Positions 1 to 8,344 of a stretch of 25,488 bases of DNA are shown piece by piece (position 1 is the first letter of the stretch; every line of letters starts with the position of its first letter). The notes under the pieces were generated by a model. It was given only the letters and a program-made list of their open reading frames with translations, made no database searches and was not told the DNA's origin. The translations under genes and the position numbers were made by a program. This DNA comes from a virus (taxonomy: Duplodnaviria; Caudoviricetes): the IMG/VR virus record IMGVR_UViG_3300048847_000003, positions 1 through 25,488 of that record; one strand, written 5' to 3'.

Positions 1-308
1 TCGACCAGGACGGCGGCGGGGTTGTCGCTCGCCGTCTCCGGATGCTCCGCGACCGGCTCGACATGATGGCGAAACCAGACAGCCCACCGCTTGCTGTCGA
101 GGCGGCGTATCGCGTTGTTGGTGGCGAAGAATGCAGCGTCGCGGGCATGCTCGCCCGATGCCGTCAGGTTCGGCCCCCGGTACTCATAGACGGCCATCCA
201 CGCGCCCGTCTTCTTCAGGCTCACGGTGCGCGCGTTGATCGGGTAGTGCCATTGAAGTTCATCCCGGAACTTCTTTGTAGCTTGGTCGAACGAGGTTAGG
301 TTCTTCAT
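1..308 (-). CDS. trbE: Conjugal transfer ATPase TrbE/VirB4, N-terminal part (runs off the window)
   Basis: Not in the ORF track. Manual translation from ATG 308 gives MKNLTSFDQATKKFRDELQWHYP...YEYRGPNL...NNAIRRL...WAVWF...NPAAVLV, matching the TrbE N-terminal pattern (RGPDL, NNALRRL, PASALVD). Lies directly after trbD. Confidence 0.85.
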   Translation of the reverse strand, partial: MKNLTSFDQATKKFRDELQWHYPINARTVSLKKTGAWMAVYEYRGPNLTASGEHARDAAFFATNNAIRRLDSKRWAVWFRHHVEPVAEHPETASDNPAAVLV

Positions 309-320
309 TGTTGGGTCGCC

Positions 321-578
321 TTAGACTTCGAGGTTGCGGATCGGGCCGAAGGTCGTACGGACGAGAAAGCGCAGGTAAAACGGCCCCTTGGCTCTCAGGC
401 GAAGAAAGACAAGCTGGATGGACAGGAAGAGCGCGACGGGCAGGAGAAGCCAGAAGCTGAAGCCGATTGCCCAGCACATCATCAGGTTCGTTATCGCGTT
501 AGTCCAAAACACCCACGGCGGCGCACCCCAGTAATGGGCGGGGTGGAAAGCGCCGCGATTTACCGGGACACGGATCAT
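321..578 (-). CDS. trbD: TrbD/VirB3-like inner membrane protein
   Basis: 85 aa with a central hydrophobic stretch, located between the pilin and TrbE genes. Confidence 0.75.
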   Translation of the reverse strand: MIRVPVNRGAFHPAHYWGAPPWVFWTNAITNLMMCWAIGFSFWLLLPVALFLSIQLVFLRLRAKGPFYLRFLVRTTFGPIRNLEV

Positions 579-590
579 CGCGGCGTCTCC

Positions 591-932
591 TTACAGGCTG
601 ATACCGCCGCCGCCGCCCAGGCCATAGGCGTAGGTGGCGAGCTGCGTCAGGCCACCGAGAATGACGCCGGCGAACAGAGCCATGACCATCACCTTGGCAC
701 CGTCGCCTTGGCCGGTAGAGATCCGGAACAGGCCCAAGCAGATGCCGACGATCACGCAGAGCAGGCCGACATAGAGGCCAAGGAACTCGGCGCTGTCCGC
801 GATCAGCGTCTTGGCGGCGGCGACGAAGGGGAAGGACGCATAGGCGGGTTCCGCCATCGTAGCGACTACCAAGGCCGCAATAGCAGCAGCAGACAGGCGG
901 CGAGCGGAGATTTTCAGGTTTTCGATCTTCAT
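591..932 (-). CDS. trbC: TrbC/VirB2 pilin precursor
   Basis: ATG 932 is preceded by GAGGA. Signal peptide ends PAYA, followed by two hydrophobic helices and a Gly-rich tail. Gene order is trbB-C-D-E. Confidence 0.8.
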   Translation of the reverse strand: MKIENLKISARRLSAAAIAALVVATMAEPAYASFPFVAAAKTLIADSAEFLGLYVGLLCVIVGICLGLFRISTGQGDGAKVMVMALFAGVILGGLTQLATYAYGLGGGGGISL

Positions 933-958
933 GATGTCCTCACTGGTTAGGGCTGGAT

Positions 959-1002
959 TGAGAAACTTTAACAATTCCGTCCGCCATTGCTAAACTTTAA
1001 CA
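959..1002. promoter_or_regulatory. Two copies of a putative operator TGnnAA-ACT-TTAACA upstream of trbC
   Basis: TGAGAA ACT TTAACA (959-973) and TGCTAA ACT TTAACA (988-1002); same motif as at 5062-5076. Confidence 0.55.
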
Positions 1003-1037
1003 GGAGCGGCCTGAACTTCAATAGCACCAGAGCGCGC

Positions 1038-2033
1038 CTATGCGATTTCCTTCACGTCGAAACCGCCGTTTTCCGTCCGAACCGGGCGATAGATCCCGGC
1101 AATGCCGCGCGTGCCTTCTACGCGCGCCATGTGGACGATCATGCCGATGGCGTCGATCACCGGCCCGACACGCGGCGTCAAGCCGGGAACTTCATGGAGG
1201 AGATCAAGCACGCGCTGGATAGCCGCTTCCGGATCGTTGGCATGAAGGGTGCTCAGGTTGCCGGTGTGGCCGGTGTTGCAAGCCTTCAGGAACTCATAGC
1301 AGGCCATGCCGTCGCGGAACTCCCCGAACACCATGCGGTCGGGGATGGAGCGCAGAGCGCTTTGCAAGAGCTTCCGGCTGGAAATGACCCCTTCCCACCA
1401 CATGAACTTGTTCAGCGCCTTGGCGCAGCGCAGTTCCGGCCGGTCCTCGATCACCACCAGGCGGTCACAGGAGAAAAGCGGCTCATCAATGATCGCGTTG
1501 GCGAGGCTGGTTTTGGCCGATCCCGTCGCACCGATCAGCAGGAAATTGATCCGATGCTTGATCCCCCACCGGATAGCCGCCAGTCGGCGCGCGGTCCGCT
1601 CGATAGGCAGTTCCATCGTGTCCTCATTCATCACCAGCGGCGGCCGGTCGATGGCGGGGAAGTTCTCCAGGCTGAAAGCCCGCTCGGACGGTACCCGAAT
1701 GGCGATGGTCGAGCCGCCTACCGAAGTCGTCGGGACCATGGCTTGAATTCGATCACCGGTGCCGGGAATGGTCGCCTCGAGGTTCGGCGCTTCATGGTCA
1801 ACGATACGCCGCTGGATATGACCGAGCGCGTTGATAGCCCAAAGCTTGGCTGTTTCGTCCATGGTCAGGCCGGTATTGCGCCATGCGCCAGCCTGCATGG
1901 CCCATACGCTGTCATCGTTGTTGATTACGATGTCGGTGACGTTCGGCATGCCGCGAAGCTCGGCTATGTCCTCGCCGAAGGCTTCAGCGATGAGCTCGCC
2001 CGCCTTGAGATCAGTAGAGTTGCGCATCGTCAT
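1038..2033 (-). CDS. trbB: TrbB/VirB11 family secretion ATPase
   Basis: Walker A variant GATGSAKT, IEDRPEL Asp box, LRSIPDRMVFGEFRD, NTGH...STLHAN His box. Confidence 0.92.
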   Translation of the reverse strand: MTMRNSTDLKAGELIAEAFGEDIAELRGMPNVTDIVINNDDSVWAMQAGAWRNTGLTMDETAKLWAINALGHIQRRIVDHEAPNLEATIPGTGDRIQAMVPTTSVGGSTIAIRVPSERAFSLENFPAIDRPPLVMNEDTMELPIERTARRLAAIRWGIKHRINFLLIGATGSAKTSLANAIIDEPLFSCDRLVVIEDRPELRCAKALNKFMWWEGVISSRKLLQSALRSIPDRMVFGEFRDGMACYEFLKACNTGHTGNLSTLHANDPEAAIQRVLDLLHEVPGLTPRVGPVIDAIGMIVHMARVEGTRGIAGIYRPVRTENGGFDVKEIA

Positions 2034-2038
2034 GTCTC

Positions 2039-3787
2039 CTATGGGGATTTCCAGAAGCCAGCAGCCGGGACCAGTTGCGCCGGCGGTGGGGCAGGGGCGG
2101 GTTTATGCTCGACGGTCGGGGCCTCGATTACGGCGGGCAGCAGGCGCGCGGTAAAGTCGGGTTCCTTGTCGTATCGCGCCTTGCGCGCTCGCCAAGGCAG
2201 ATAGCCAAGGCGCAGGACCAGCTCCTCGTCTTCCGGCAGCGTGCGGATGGCGCCGGTATCCATGACAGGCTGCCAAGCGCGGCTTTCCCCGCTGCTGGTG
2301 CTTTGGCCGTTGCGGCTCGTCGTCCTGCTCTCCGTTTCCCGAAGCTCCGGAGCCTTGCCGATCATCTCGGCTATCCGGCGAAGGGTGCGGTCGTTGGATG
2401 ACGCGAAGGTCACGAACACATCGCAATTGTCGATGATGCTGTTCTTCTCGCCGTATACCTCGTCGATCTGCGTCAGCGTCTGAACGGCCAGCATGCATTC
2501 GATCCCGAAGCCGGGGATCTGCGGCAGCTTTTCCGCGAAGTCGGGCATGTGGCCGAGGCCGTGGAACTCGTCGGCCAGGATCAGCAGGCGGTGGTTCTTC
2601 ACCCGGCCCCGGCTGTCTGTGTCCTGATACTCGGCCAAGTCGCGCAGAACCTGAGAGATCATCAGGTGGACCATCTTGGCGACACGTCCCGCGTCGGACG
2701 GCGGCATGCGGACATAGAGCGACATGGGTTGATCCAGGCACATCAAGTCACCCGGCAGGAAATCGCACTCGCCGCTGGTGACTTCCGCGATGATCGGATC
2801 ATCCCACAGCCAGAGATAGGAACCGGCAGTCCGGTAGGTGTCTGAGCGCTGGCTTACCATCCGGTCGCCCTCGTCCCCTCCAACGCCAGCGGGGAACATC
2901 GAGTTGGCGATCCGCGCCGCGACGGGGTGAGCGTCGGCTTCGATGATCTCGATTGCGCCCTCGTCTCCGCGCGCCAGGAAGTCGCGTATCCCGGCAATCG
3001 ACACGTTCGAGCCGGGGTGGTTCAGGAGATGGAGCGCCACGGCGACACCGTATTCCCAGGCAGTGCGGTCAAAGAAGTTCGGGTTGGCGACCTTCATGAT
3101 GGTGAGGATGAGATCCTGAACGTCTCGGATCTGATCGTCACCGGGACGGCACGCTTTCAGGAAGTTGAACTTGGCCGACCGTCGATCCGTCGGGCAGAAG
3201 TAGACAACCTTGCTGAAGGTCGCGCGCCATCCGGACGTGCCCGGCCAAGAGAACTTCGATGTCTTCTGGCCCCACATGAACTCGCCCTTGGGGTCGATCA
3301 CCATGACGCTCTGCGCGTAGGACAGAAGCGTTGGTACAAGGATGCCGCGGCCCTTGCCCGACCTGTTGGCGCCGGAAACCAGCGTATGGGCCTCGCCGCA
3401 GTATGTCAGGAACTCCCACGGCTGCCACCAGCGCTCCGGCGCGATCTTGCCCACGATCCGGACGCGCGAGACATCAGCGCCCTTGGACAGTATCAGCCCC
3501 GCCTTGCGCGCCGCGTCTCGATCCGACCAGACCGGCCGTTCCCATCGAGCTTCGGTCCGCTTCTTTCCGCCGACGCCCGACAGGCAGACGGCTCCGACGA
3601 AGCCGCCGATTACGGACAGGGCACTATAATAGGTCCAGGTCGGAGCGGCCCGAACGCAAGCGCCGACAATCGGCGGATCGAACAGGCTCGACACCGACGC
3701 GCCGCAGCCGGTCGACAGCAACGCCACCCCGCCAACGGTACCGGCGACCATCGCGCCGGCCGCCAGCGCCAAACGCAGCGCCGTCAT
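2039..3787 (-). CDS. traG: Type IV coupling protein TraG/VirD4
   Basis: N-terminal TM segments, GANRSGKGRGILVPTLL, VIDPKGE, LILADEF, VQTLTQIDEVYG. Confidence 0.95.
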   Translation of the reverse strand: MTALRLALAAGAMVAGTVGGVALLSTGCGASVSSLFDPPIVGACVRAAPTWTYYSALSVIGGFVGAVCLSGVGGKKRTEARWERPVWSDRDAARKAGLILSKGADVSRVRIVGKIAPERWWQPWEFLTYCGEAHTLVSGANRSGKGRGILVPTLLSYAQSVMVIDPKGEFMWGQKTSKFSWPGTSGWRATFSKVVYFCPTDRRSAKFNFLKACRPGDDQIRDVQDLILTIMKVANPNFFDRTAWEYGVAVALHLLNHPGSNVSIAGIRDFLARGDEGAIEIIEADAHPVAARIANSMFPAGVGGDEGDRMVSQRSDTYRTAGSYLWLWDDPIIAEVTSGECDFLPGDLMCLDQPMSLYVRMPPSDAGRVAKMVHLMISQVLRDLAEYQDTDSRGRVKNHRLLILADEFHGLGHMPDFAEKLPQIPGFGIECMLAVQTLTQIDEVYGEKNSIIDNCDVFVTFASSNDRTLRRIAEMIGKAPELRETESRTTSRNGQSTSSGESRAWQPVMDTGAIRTLPEDEELVLRLGYLPWRARKARYDKEPDFTARLLPAVIEAPTVEHKPAPAPPPAQLVPAAGFWKSP

Positions 3788-4179
3788 GCCCGCCTCCCGA
3801 AGAAGCCGCCTGAACCATTGCTGGCCGGTTGGGGCGCCAGCCGCTCGTTCAGAACCGAGGCTAGTTGCACCTGGTGCTCGCCTAGTTTGTCGATCGACCG
3901 CTCCAGCGCCGCGACCGCAGCCGCAATGCTCTCGATGGCGTCCACCTTCGCGCCCATCGCCTTGATCGTCTCGGCCTGCTTCTCCGACTCTTGGCGCAGC
4001 GCCCGCAGCTCCTCGACAAGCATATCCACCGCATCGTCATGAGCTGCGCGCCCATGGAGCAGGTCGATAGCCATCACAACGGCATCGGTTTGCGTGCGCC
4101 GGCCGGGAATGACCAGATCCTCCAACTTGCCGACAGTTGGCTCAGGGAGCCTGAAATGCTTCTCGATCTTCACCGTCAA
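3784..4179 (-). CDS. Putative ribbon-helix-helix plus coiled-coil relaxosome or regulatory protein
   Basis: TTG start after AGGAG, with 4-nt overlaps with both neighbours. N-terminus KHFRLPEPTVGKLEDL...TQTDAVVMAIDLL fits an RHH pattern; a heptad-rich region follows. Confidence 0.55.
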   Translation of the reverse strand: MTVKIEKHFRLPEPTVGKLEDLVIPGRRTQTDAVVMAIDLLHGRAAHDDAVDMLVEELRALRQESEKQAETIKAMGAKVDAIESIAAAVAALERSIDKLGEHQVQLASVLNERLAPQPASNGSGGFFGRRA

Positions 4180-5048
4180 ATCTCCTGAGTGGGGCCGCGC
4201 GATTGCTCAATCGCCTGTATCCGACGCAGGCTTTCGGTGCGCTCAACGTCGCCTCGACCAAGCCCGCGACGGAGCTTGAACGCCTCGTCTTTGGTCAGCC
4301 GACCGGCTCGTTCCGCCGCCTCGATACGCAACTTTCCCGATAGTATTTCCTGCCGGATGGACTGCGATTTCTCGATACCCTGGCGGATCTCCTGCTCGGT
4401 CCTGAACTGCCCAAGCTTGCGCGTTGCCCACTGCGCCGCTCTGGTGCGGAAGCCCTCGCGGATATAATCCCGGTCGATCCTCATGGGATTACCGTCCTCA
4501 GTGACAGCGCGCAGGAAGACGTGAGCATGAAGCTGTTTCGTGTCGAAATGGGATGCGGCGAGCCACTGGACCTTGGTGCCCCAATCCTTCTCCGCCGCTT
4601 CCATGGTCGCGCGGGCAAGCTGCCTTAGCATCTCTTCGCGCGCCTCGCGTTCCGGCAGACCGGTTTCCTTCATGACAGCCTGGACCAGCTCGGCGGACTT
4701 CTCCGGACTGATCGGGATCTTGAAGAAAATGTCGTCGCCGGCGGACTGCCACCGCTCGATCACGGCCTCGGCGTCGATCTCGTTGCGCTTCGCGTCGAAG
4801 ACCCGAGCGACCTCCTGGGCCTGCGCCTTCTCCTCCTGGCGGATGTAATCCAGCCGTTCCTTGAGCTTTCCGATCTTCTCGTAGGACACCTTGACCACGA
4901 CACGCTGGAGCGCCGCCAGCGATGTGCGGCGGGCGGCTCCGGTTCCAACCATGACGATTGCGCGGCTCGATCTGCTCTGAACTCCCCCCGCTCGCATCCT
5001 TGGCCGAAGCTTTGCCGTCAGCCCGTCCAGCATTCCATAGGCTCGCAT
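4176..5048 (-). CDS. MOBP relaxase, VirD2/RlxS-like
   Basis: QRVVVKV, LDYI (candidate catalytic Tyr), FKIPISPE, EKDWGTKVQWLAASHFDTKQLHAHVFLR (three His), IDRDYIREGFRTRA; RBS AGGAAGG. Confidence 0.9.
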   Translation of the reverse strand: MRAYGMLDGLTAKLRPRMRAGGVQSRSSRAIVMVGTGAARRTSLAALQRVVVKVSYEKIGKLKERLDYIRQEEKAQAQEVARVFDAKRNEIDAEAVIERWQSAGDDIFFKIPISPEKSAELVQAVMKETGLPEREAREEMLRQLARATMEAAEKDWGTKVQWLAASHFDTKQLHAHVFLRAVTEDGNPMRIDRDYIREGFRTRAAQWATRKLGQFRTEQEIRQGIEKSQSIRQEILSGKLRIEAAERAGRLTKDEAFKLRRGLGRGDVERTESLRRIQAIEQSRGPTQEI

Positions 5049-5061
5049 GTGATCACCTTCC

Positions 5062-5076
5062 TGTTAATCTTTAACA
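5062..5076. promoter_or_regulatory. Palindromic operator TGTTAA-TCT-TTAACA upstream of the relaxase RBS
   Basis: Perfect 6-bp arms with a 3-bp spacer; variants recur upstream of trbC. Confidence 0.6.
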
Positions 5077-5120
5077 ATAATATAGTGTCAGGAAGCCGCG
5101 AAAAGAAGTGCGCCACAACA

Positions 5121-5230
5121 GGGACACAAGTGGACACGTCGAGGGATACGGAGAAATGCAGCAACGATGCTGGAAAGCTTCAATCGCGTGTGCGCGGTCC
5201 TGGGCTACGCGGCTTTATCTGGCCTACTAC
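5121..5230. other. Candidate oriT
   Basis: Intergenic region upstream of the relaxase. Contains GCTTTATCTGGCC (5212-5224), resembling MOBP TATC(C/T)TG-type nic sequences, and GGA(C/T)AC repeats at 5122, 5132 and 5144. Confidence 0.4.
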
Positions 5231-5339
5231 CTTCTTCCCCCCTACTGTCTCACTGGGATCGTCTCCGGTATTCTGTTCGGCAGCTCATCCATCGCGACTA
5301 ACTCCACCCGTTCCAATTCCATCAATGCAGGAATATAAA

Positions 5340-5765
5340 ATGCATCACACCGTTTCGGCCTCGGCTTTGTCTTTACTTGCCGCTTTAGCTTTAGCCGGGT
5401 GCTCGACACCATCCGCAGCACCGCCACAGGCTTTCGTACCCGCAACACAGGTTCAGCCGCCCCAACCCAGTATGGAAGCAGCAGCAGAAGATCCCGAAGA
5501 AGATCCGTTCAGCGACAAGTTTCACAGAGATCCTGACGGAGATGATTATCGGGCCGTAAGCGGGATGGTTCAGTTCTCCGGTCAGAAAACCCGCGAGCAG
5601 CTAGAAATCGAGAAGATACACAGGTTGGCGAAGATGTGTATTGCTGCAAACAACGTTTCTGCCCCGTGTCTGGATCTGATCCGTATAGACGCGAGGATGG
5701 GCAAATTCTATATCCTTCGCGAAAGTCAGGGAATGTCTAGTCTGTTGAAAAGGTTTGAGCGTTAG
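5340..5765 (+). CDS. Lipoprotein of unknown function
   Basis: ATG 5340 after AGGA; signal peptide with lipobox LAGC; Pro/Gln-rich linker. Confidence 0.75.
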   Translation: MHHTVSASALSLLAALALAGCSTPSAAPPQAFVPATQVQPPQPSMEAAAEDPEEDPFSDKFHRDPDGDDYRAVSGMVQFSGQKTREQLEIEKIHRLAKMCIAANNVSAPCLDLIRIDARMGKFYILRESQGMSSLLKRFER

Positions 5766-5806
5766 ACTTCTTCTGACCGGACCGTCACGGCCCGCCGGGA
5801 GCGATC

Positions 5807-6157
5807 TTGGCGGGCCGATTCATATCGAAACTCGCCTATGCCGTCGAGTCCGAGACCGCTATATTTTTCGCTTTATATCGCGGGACCGGACTGATGATCC
5901 TCACTACACCGCACGGCGTCCAGATCGACATCACTCCGCAGATCGAGCGGCTGTTTCTGATCGATGACTATGGCGATTTTCGCTCGCAGCAGAACGCCGC
6001 GTTCATCAAGCGCTTCTGTCGAAAGCTCGTCCTGGCTGCTGGGCCACACGCGCCGGGACATGTCATTTCCAAGATCGGCCCGGATCTCGACCCGACGTTT
6101 GGACAGGAGCTTGCCACCCAATGGGCGCGTATCGTAGAAGAGAATATAGGAAAATAA
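5807..6157 (+). CDS. Hypothetical protein
   Basis: TTG start after GGGAG; 116 aa of globular-looking composition. Confidence 0.6.
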   Translation: MAGRFISKLAYAVESETAIFFALYRGTGLMILTTPHGVQIDITPQIERLFLIDDYGDFRSQQNAAFIKRFCRKLVLAAGPHAPGHVISKIGPDLDPTFGQELATQWARIVEENIGK

Positions 6158-6162
6158 TCCTC

Positions 6163-6419
6163 ATGCTTCCTACTCTATCTGAAGCCCAAATTGAGCAATT
6201 CGAGGCGCTGCATGGCCTCGGAAGCTACGGCCGTTGCGCCGCCGCCGCCAGTCGGGTTCTTCGCGTTAGCCGTGTGCTAGATGTTCATTCCTGAAGGTCG
6301 AACGCCTGGAGCGCGAGGGCGTCCGCGCCGATCAAGCGACCGCTTTTCTCGACCTGGTGCGCGGGCCGAAGCGTGAGCCTCGACGGCTCCGGCACGGTCC
6401 GTTTCGCCAGTTTCGGTAG
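6163..6419 (+). pseudogene. Small hypothetical gene, possibly frameshifted near 6272
   Basis: 43-aa ORF 6163-6294 (MLPTLSEAQIEQFEALHG...). The -1 frame continues with coding-like FLKVERLEREGVRADQATAFLDLVRG to TAG 6417-6419. Confidence 0.3.
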
Positions 6420-6573
6420 GAGAAGGACGCCTGAACCTCCGGCCAAGCGTCCTTCCCACCAACCCACCGGATGAGGTGTTCGACGACATTGATGCGCGCC
6501 GACACATCGCTATTCTACATGATTTACTATGAGTCTGTAACCCTAAGATGGTATCCGTCTGTGGGGCGTATTT

Positions 6574-7182
6574 TTACGCTGAGTTTCTGAGATATTCACG
6601 TATAGATTTAAGGTCCCTATTCATCCTTGATACCACTTGAATTCTCTTGTTCCACAACCTGATAGTTTTTGGATTAGGATCAATGACAGACCTCATACTA
6701 TCTGAAATAGCAAATAATTGCCCTATCATATCTCCATATTTTTGCTTATCACTTATAAAAAACTCCCACATATTGCTATAAGGATTATTAGAATCCTGAC
6801 TATTCACAGACATGAGGGATTTTGAATATTTCATGTTCCATTCGCGAAATAATATACTAATTTCATGAGAAAGATCTGATATCTTACTGCTTGTGTTATA
6901 CCCAAATAATGATATTGAATCGATTGACATATCATCAACTTTTCTAATTATCTCTCCTAAATCGAATTTATATTTTTCTTCGTTTTTTGAGTGAAAACCC
7001 GCTAGCAACATTGACATTTTTTCAAAATCCCTTAGAATTTTCTTTTGCTCAGGCAGTCTTTCTCGTCTTAGCTTTGCACTTTCAACCCTGTAAGTCAGGA
7101 TGCTGATAGAGAGAGCAGCAAGACCGATCAAGCAAGTTCCCACCGCGGATAGCACATCAGCCCAGTTAGGTTCGTCAATCAT
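6574..7182 (-). CDS. AT-rich hypothetical protein with an N-terminal TM helix
   Basis: 202-aa ORF in a markedly AT-rich patch; TM segment VLSAVGTCLIGLAALSISILTY; TGATG coupling to the upstream ORF. Confidence 0.75.
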   Translation of the reverse strand: MIDEPNWADVLSAVGTCLIGLAALSISILTYRVESAKLRRERLPEQKKILRDFEKMSMLLAGFHSKNEEKYKFDLGEIIRKVDDMSIDSISLFGYNTSSKISDLSHEISILFREWNMKYSKSLMSVNSQDSNNPYSNMWEFFISDKQKYGDMIGQLFAISDSMRSVIDPNPKTIRLWNKRIQVVSRMNRDLKSIREYLRNSA

Positions 7183-7430
7183 CAGCTCACCCGCGTCTTC
7201 ACCGTTGCCGTTGCCGCATCCATCTCCGAACGCATCTCACGCACCGCGCTCTCGTCGTTGGGGCTCACCTTCCGGCCCAGTTTTAGTTCCAGTGCGAAAG
7301 CGGATTCCAGCAACCGGGACATCTCCGGTTCAGCCTCGCGCCATATCTTGCAGGCGGCCGGCGTCCACTGGCCCGGATTGCGGCCGACTTTGCTGTCGTT
7401 AGCTGCAATCACCAACTCCGTGAAGTTCAA
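7182..7430 (-). CDS. Hypothetical protein (82 aa)
   Basis: TTG at 7430 preceded by AGGAG, just after the resolvase stop; corresponds to the C-terminal part of track ORF 7182..7922. Confidence 0.6.
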   Translation of the reverse strand: MNFTELVIAANDSKVGRNPGQWTPAACKIWREAEPEMSRLLESAFALELKLGRKVSPNDESAVREMRSEMDAATATVKTRVS

Positions 7431-7447
7431 TGTCGTGTCTCCTATTT

Positions 7448-8119
7448 CTAGATGGCGCGGCGCAGAACTGCTGATACCTGCGCGGCCGTCCATCGTCCAC
7501 CACGCACTGTCATGAAGCCTCGCTTGGCAAGATCGCGTGCCATGGCACTCAGCGACATGCCCGCTCCCTTCATCTGAAGGACCGCCGGCAACACCATGGC
7601 GGCATGGTCCGCCGCCTTCTTCGACCAAGCCGCACCAGCTCGTGCAGCACCTTCGCGATCGGCAGGACGAAGGCTTGCCTGATTTCCCAGTGGCAAGCCG
7701 CGTGCCTTCCGAGCAGCAAGCGCAGCCTTGGTCCGTTCGGAGATCATCATCGCCTCGTGTTCCGCCACGGCTGCCAGGATGTGGACCGTCAGGCGATTGG
7801 CTTCGGGGAAGTCTGCGGCAGTGAAGTCGATCCCGCTTTCCATCAGCGCGGAGATGAAGGCGACGTTGCGCGCCAGCCGGTCGAGCTTGGCGATGAGCAG
7901 CGTGCTGTTCGTGAGCCGGCACATCTGTATGGCGGCGGCGAGCTGCTGACGGTCGTTCTTCCGGCCGGATTCGATCTCGCGGTACTCGCCAACGACTAGT
8001 CCATTGCGACTGGTGAGGAACGCGGTCACCGCCGCTTGCTGCGCCTCAAGGCCGAGGCCGGAGCGACCCTGCCTCTGGGTGCTGACCCGGTAATAGGTGA
8101 CGAACCTCTGCAAAGTCAT
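7448..8119 (-). CDS. Serine recombinase (resolvase family)
   Basis: YYRVSTQRQGRSGLGLEAQ catalytic motif, ESGRKNDR, AKLDRLARN, ISERTKAAL, C-terminal DNA-binding domain (RGGRWTAAQV); ATG 8119 after AAGGA. Confidence 0.95.
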   Translation of the reverse strand: MTLQRFVTYYRVSTQRQGRSGLGLEAQQAAVTAFLTSRNGLVVGEYREIESGRKNDRQQLAAAIQMCRLTNSTLLIAKLDRLARNVAFISALMESGIDFTAADFPEANRLTVHILAAVAEHEAMMISERTKAALAARKARGLPLGNQASLRPADREGAARAGAAWSKKAADHAAMVLPAVLQMKGAGMSLSAMARDLAKRGFMTVRGGRWTAAQVSAVLRRAI

Positions 8120-8123
8120 AGTC

Positions 8124-8163
8124 CTTATGATTCCGTCGAACGCACGTTCCACGGAATCATAAG
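8124..8163. repeat. 40-bp inverted repeat, probable recombinase binding or crossover site
   Basis: CTTATGATTCCGTCGAACG-CA-CGTTCCACGGAATCATAAG: 19-bp arms with 1 mismatch and a 2-bp centre. Confidence 0.8.
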
Positions 8164-8313
8164 AGATACGAGATCAGCCACCAACAGCCTGATTAAGCAA
8201 CTACGTAAATACTTGCATTGATGTCAAATTCGCTGTTGCTCCCGGCTGTCGATCCCGAGTATTGACAAATCCGCCGAGGTGCGCCCGAAGAAGGTGCCCG
8301 GTTCGAACCGTCC

Positions 8314-8344
8314 ACCCGCCCGATAAGTCGAGGCGGGTTTTTTT
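8314..8344 (+). terminator. Intrinsic terminator-like hairpin in the alpA leader
   Basis: ACCCGCC-CGA-TAAG-TCG-A-GGCGGGT running into a T tract, about 20 nt before the ATG at 8367. Confidence 0.7.

Noticed and set aside
987-4042. Long plus-strand ORFs (987..2204, 2927..4042 and others)
   Set aside because: Antisense shadows of trbB and traG, expected in GC-rich DNA; no recognisable motifs
5049-5339. N-terminal extension of the lipoprotein ORF in the track (238 aa)
   Set aside because: The lipobox must lie near the N-terminus, ATG 5340 has an RBS, and the upstream stretch holds the operator and candidate oriT
8299-8312. GGTTCGAA as a tRNA T-loop or att remnant
   Set aside because: No cloverleaf or CCA end; it forms part of a simple hairpin
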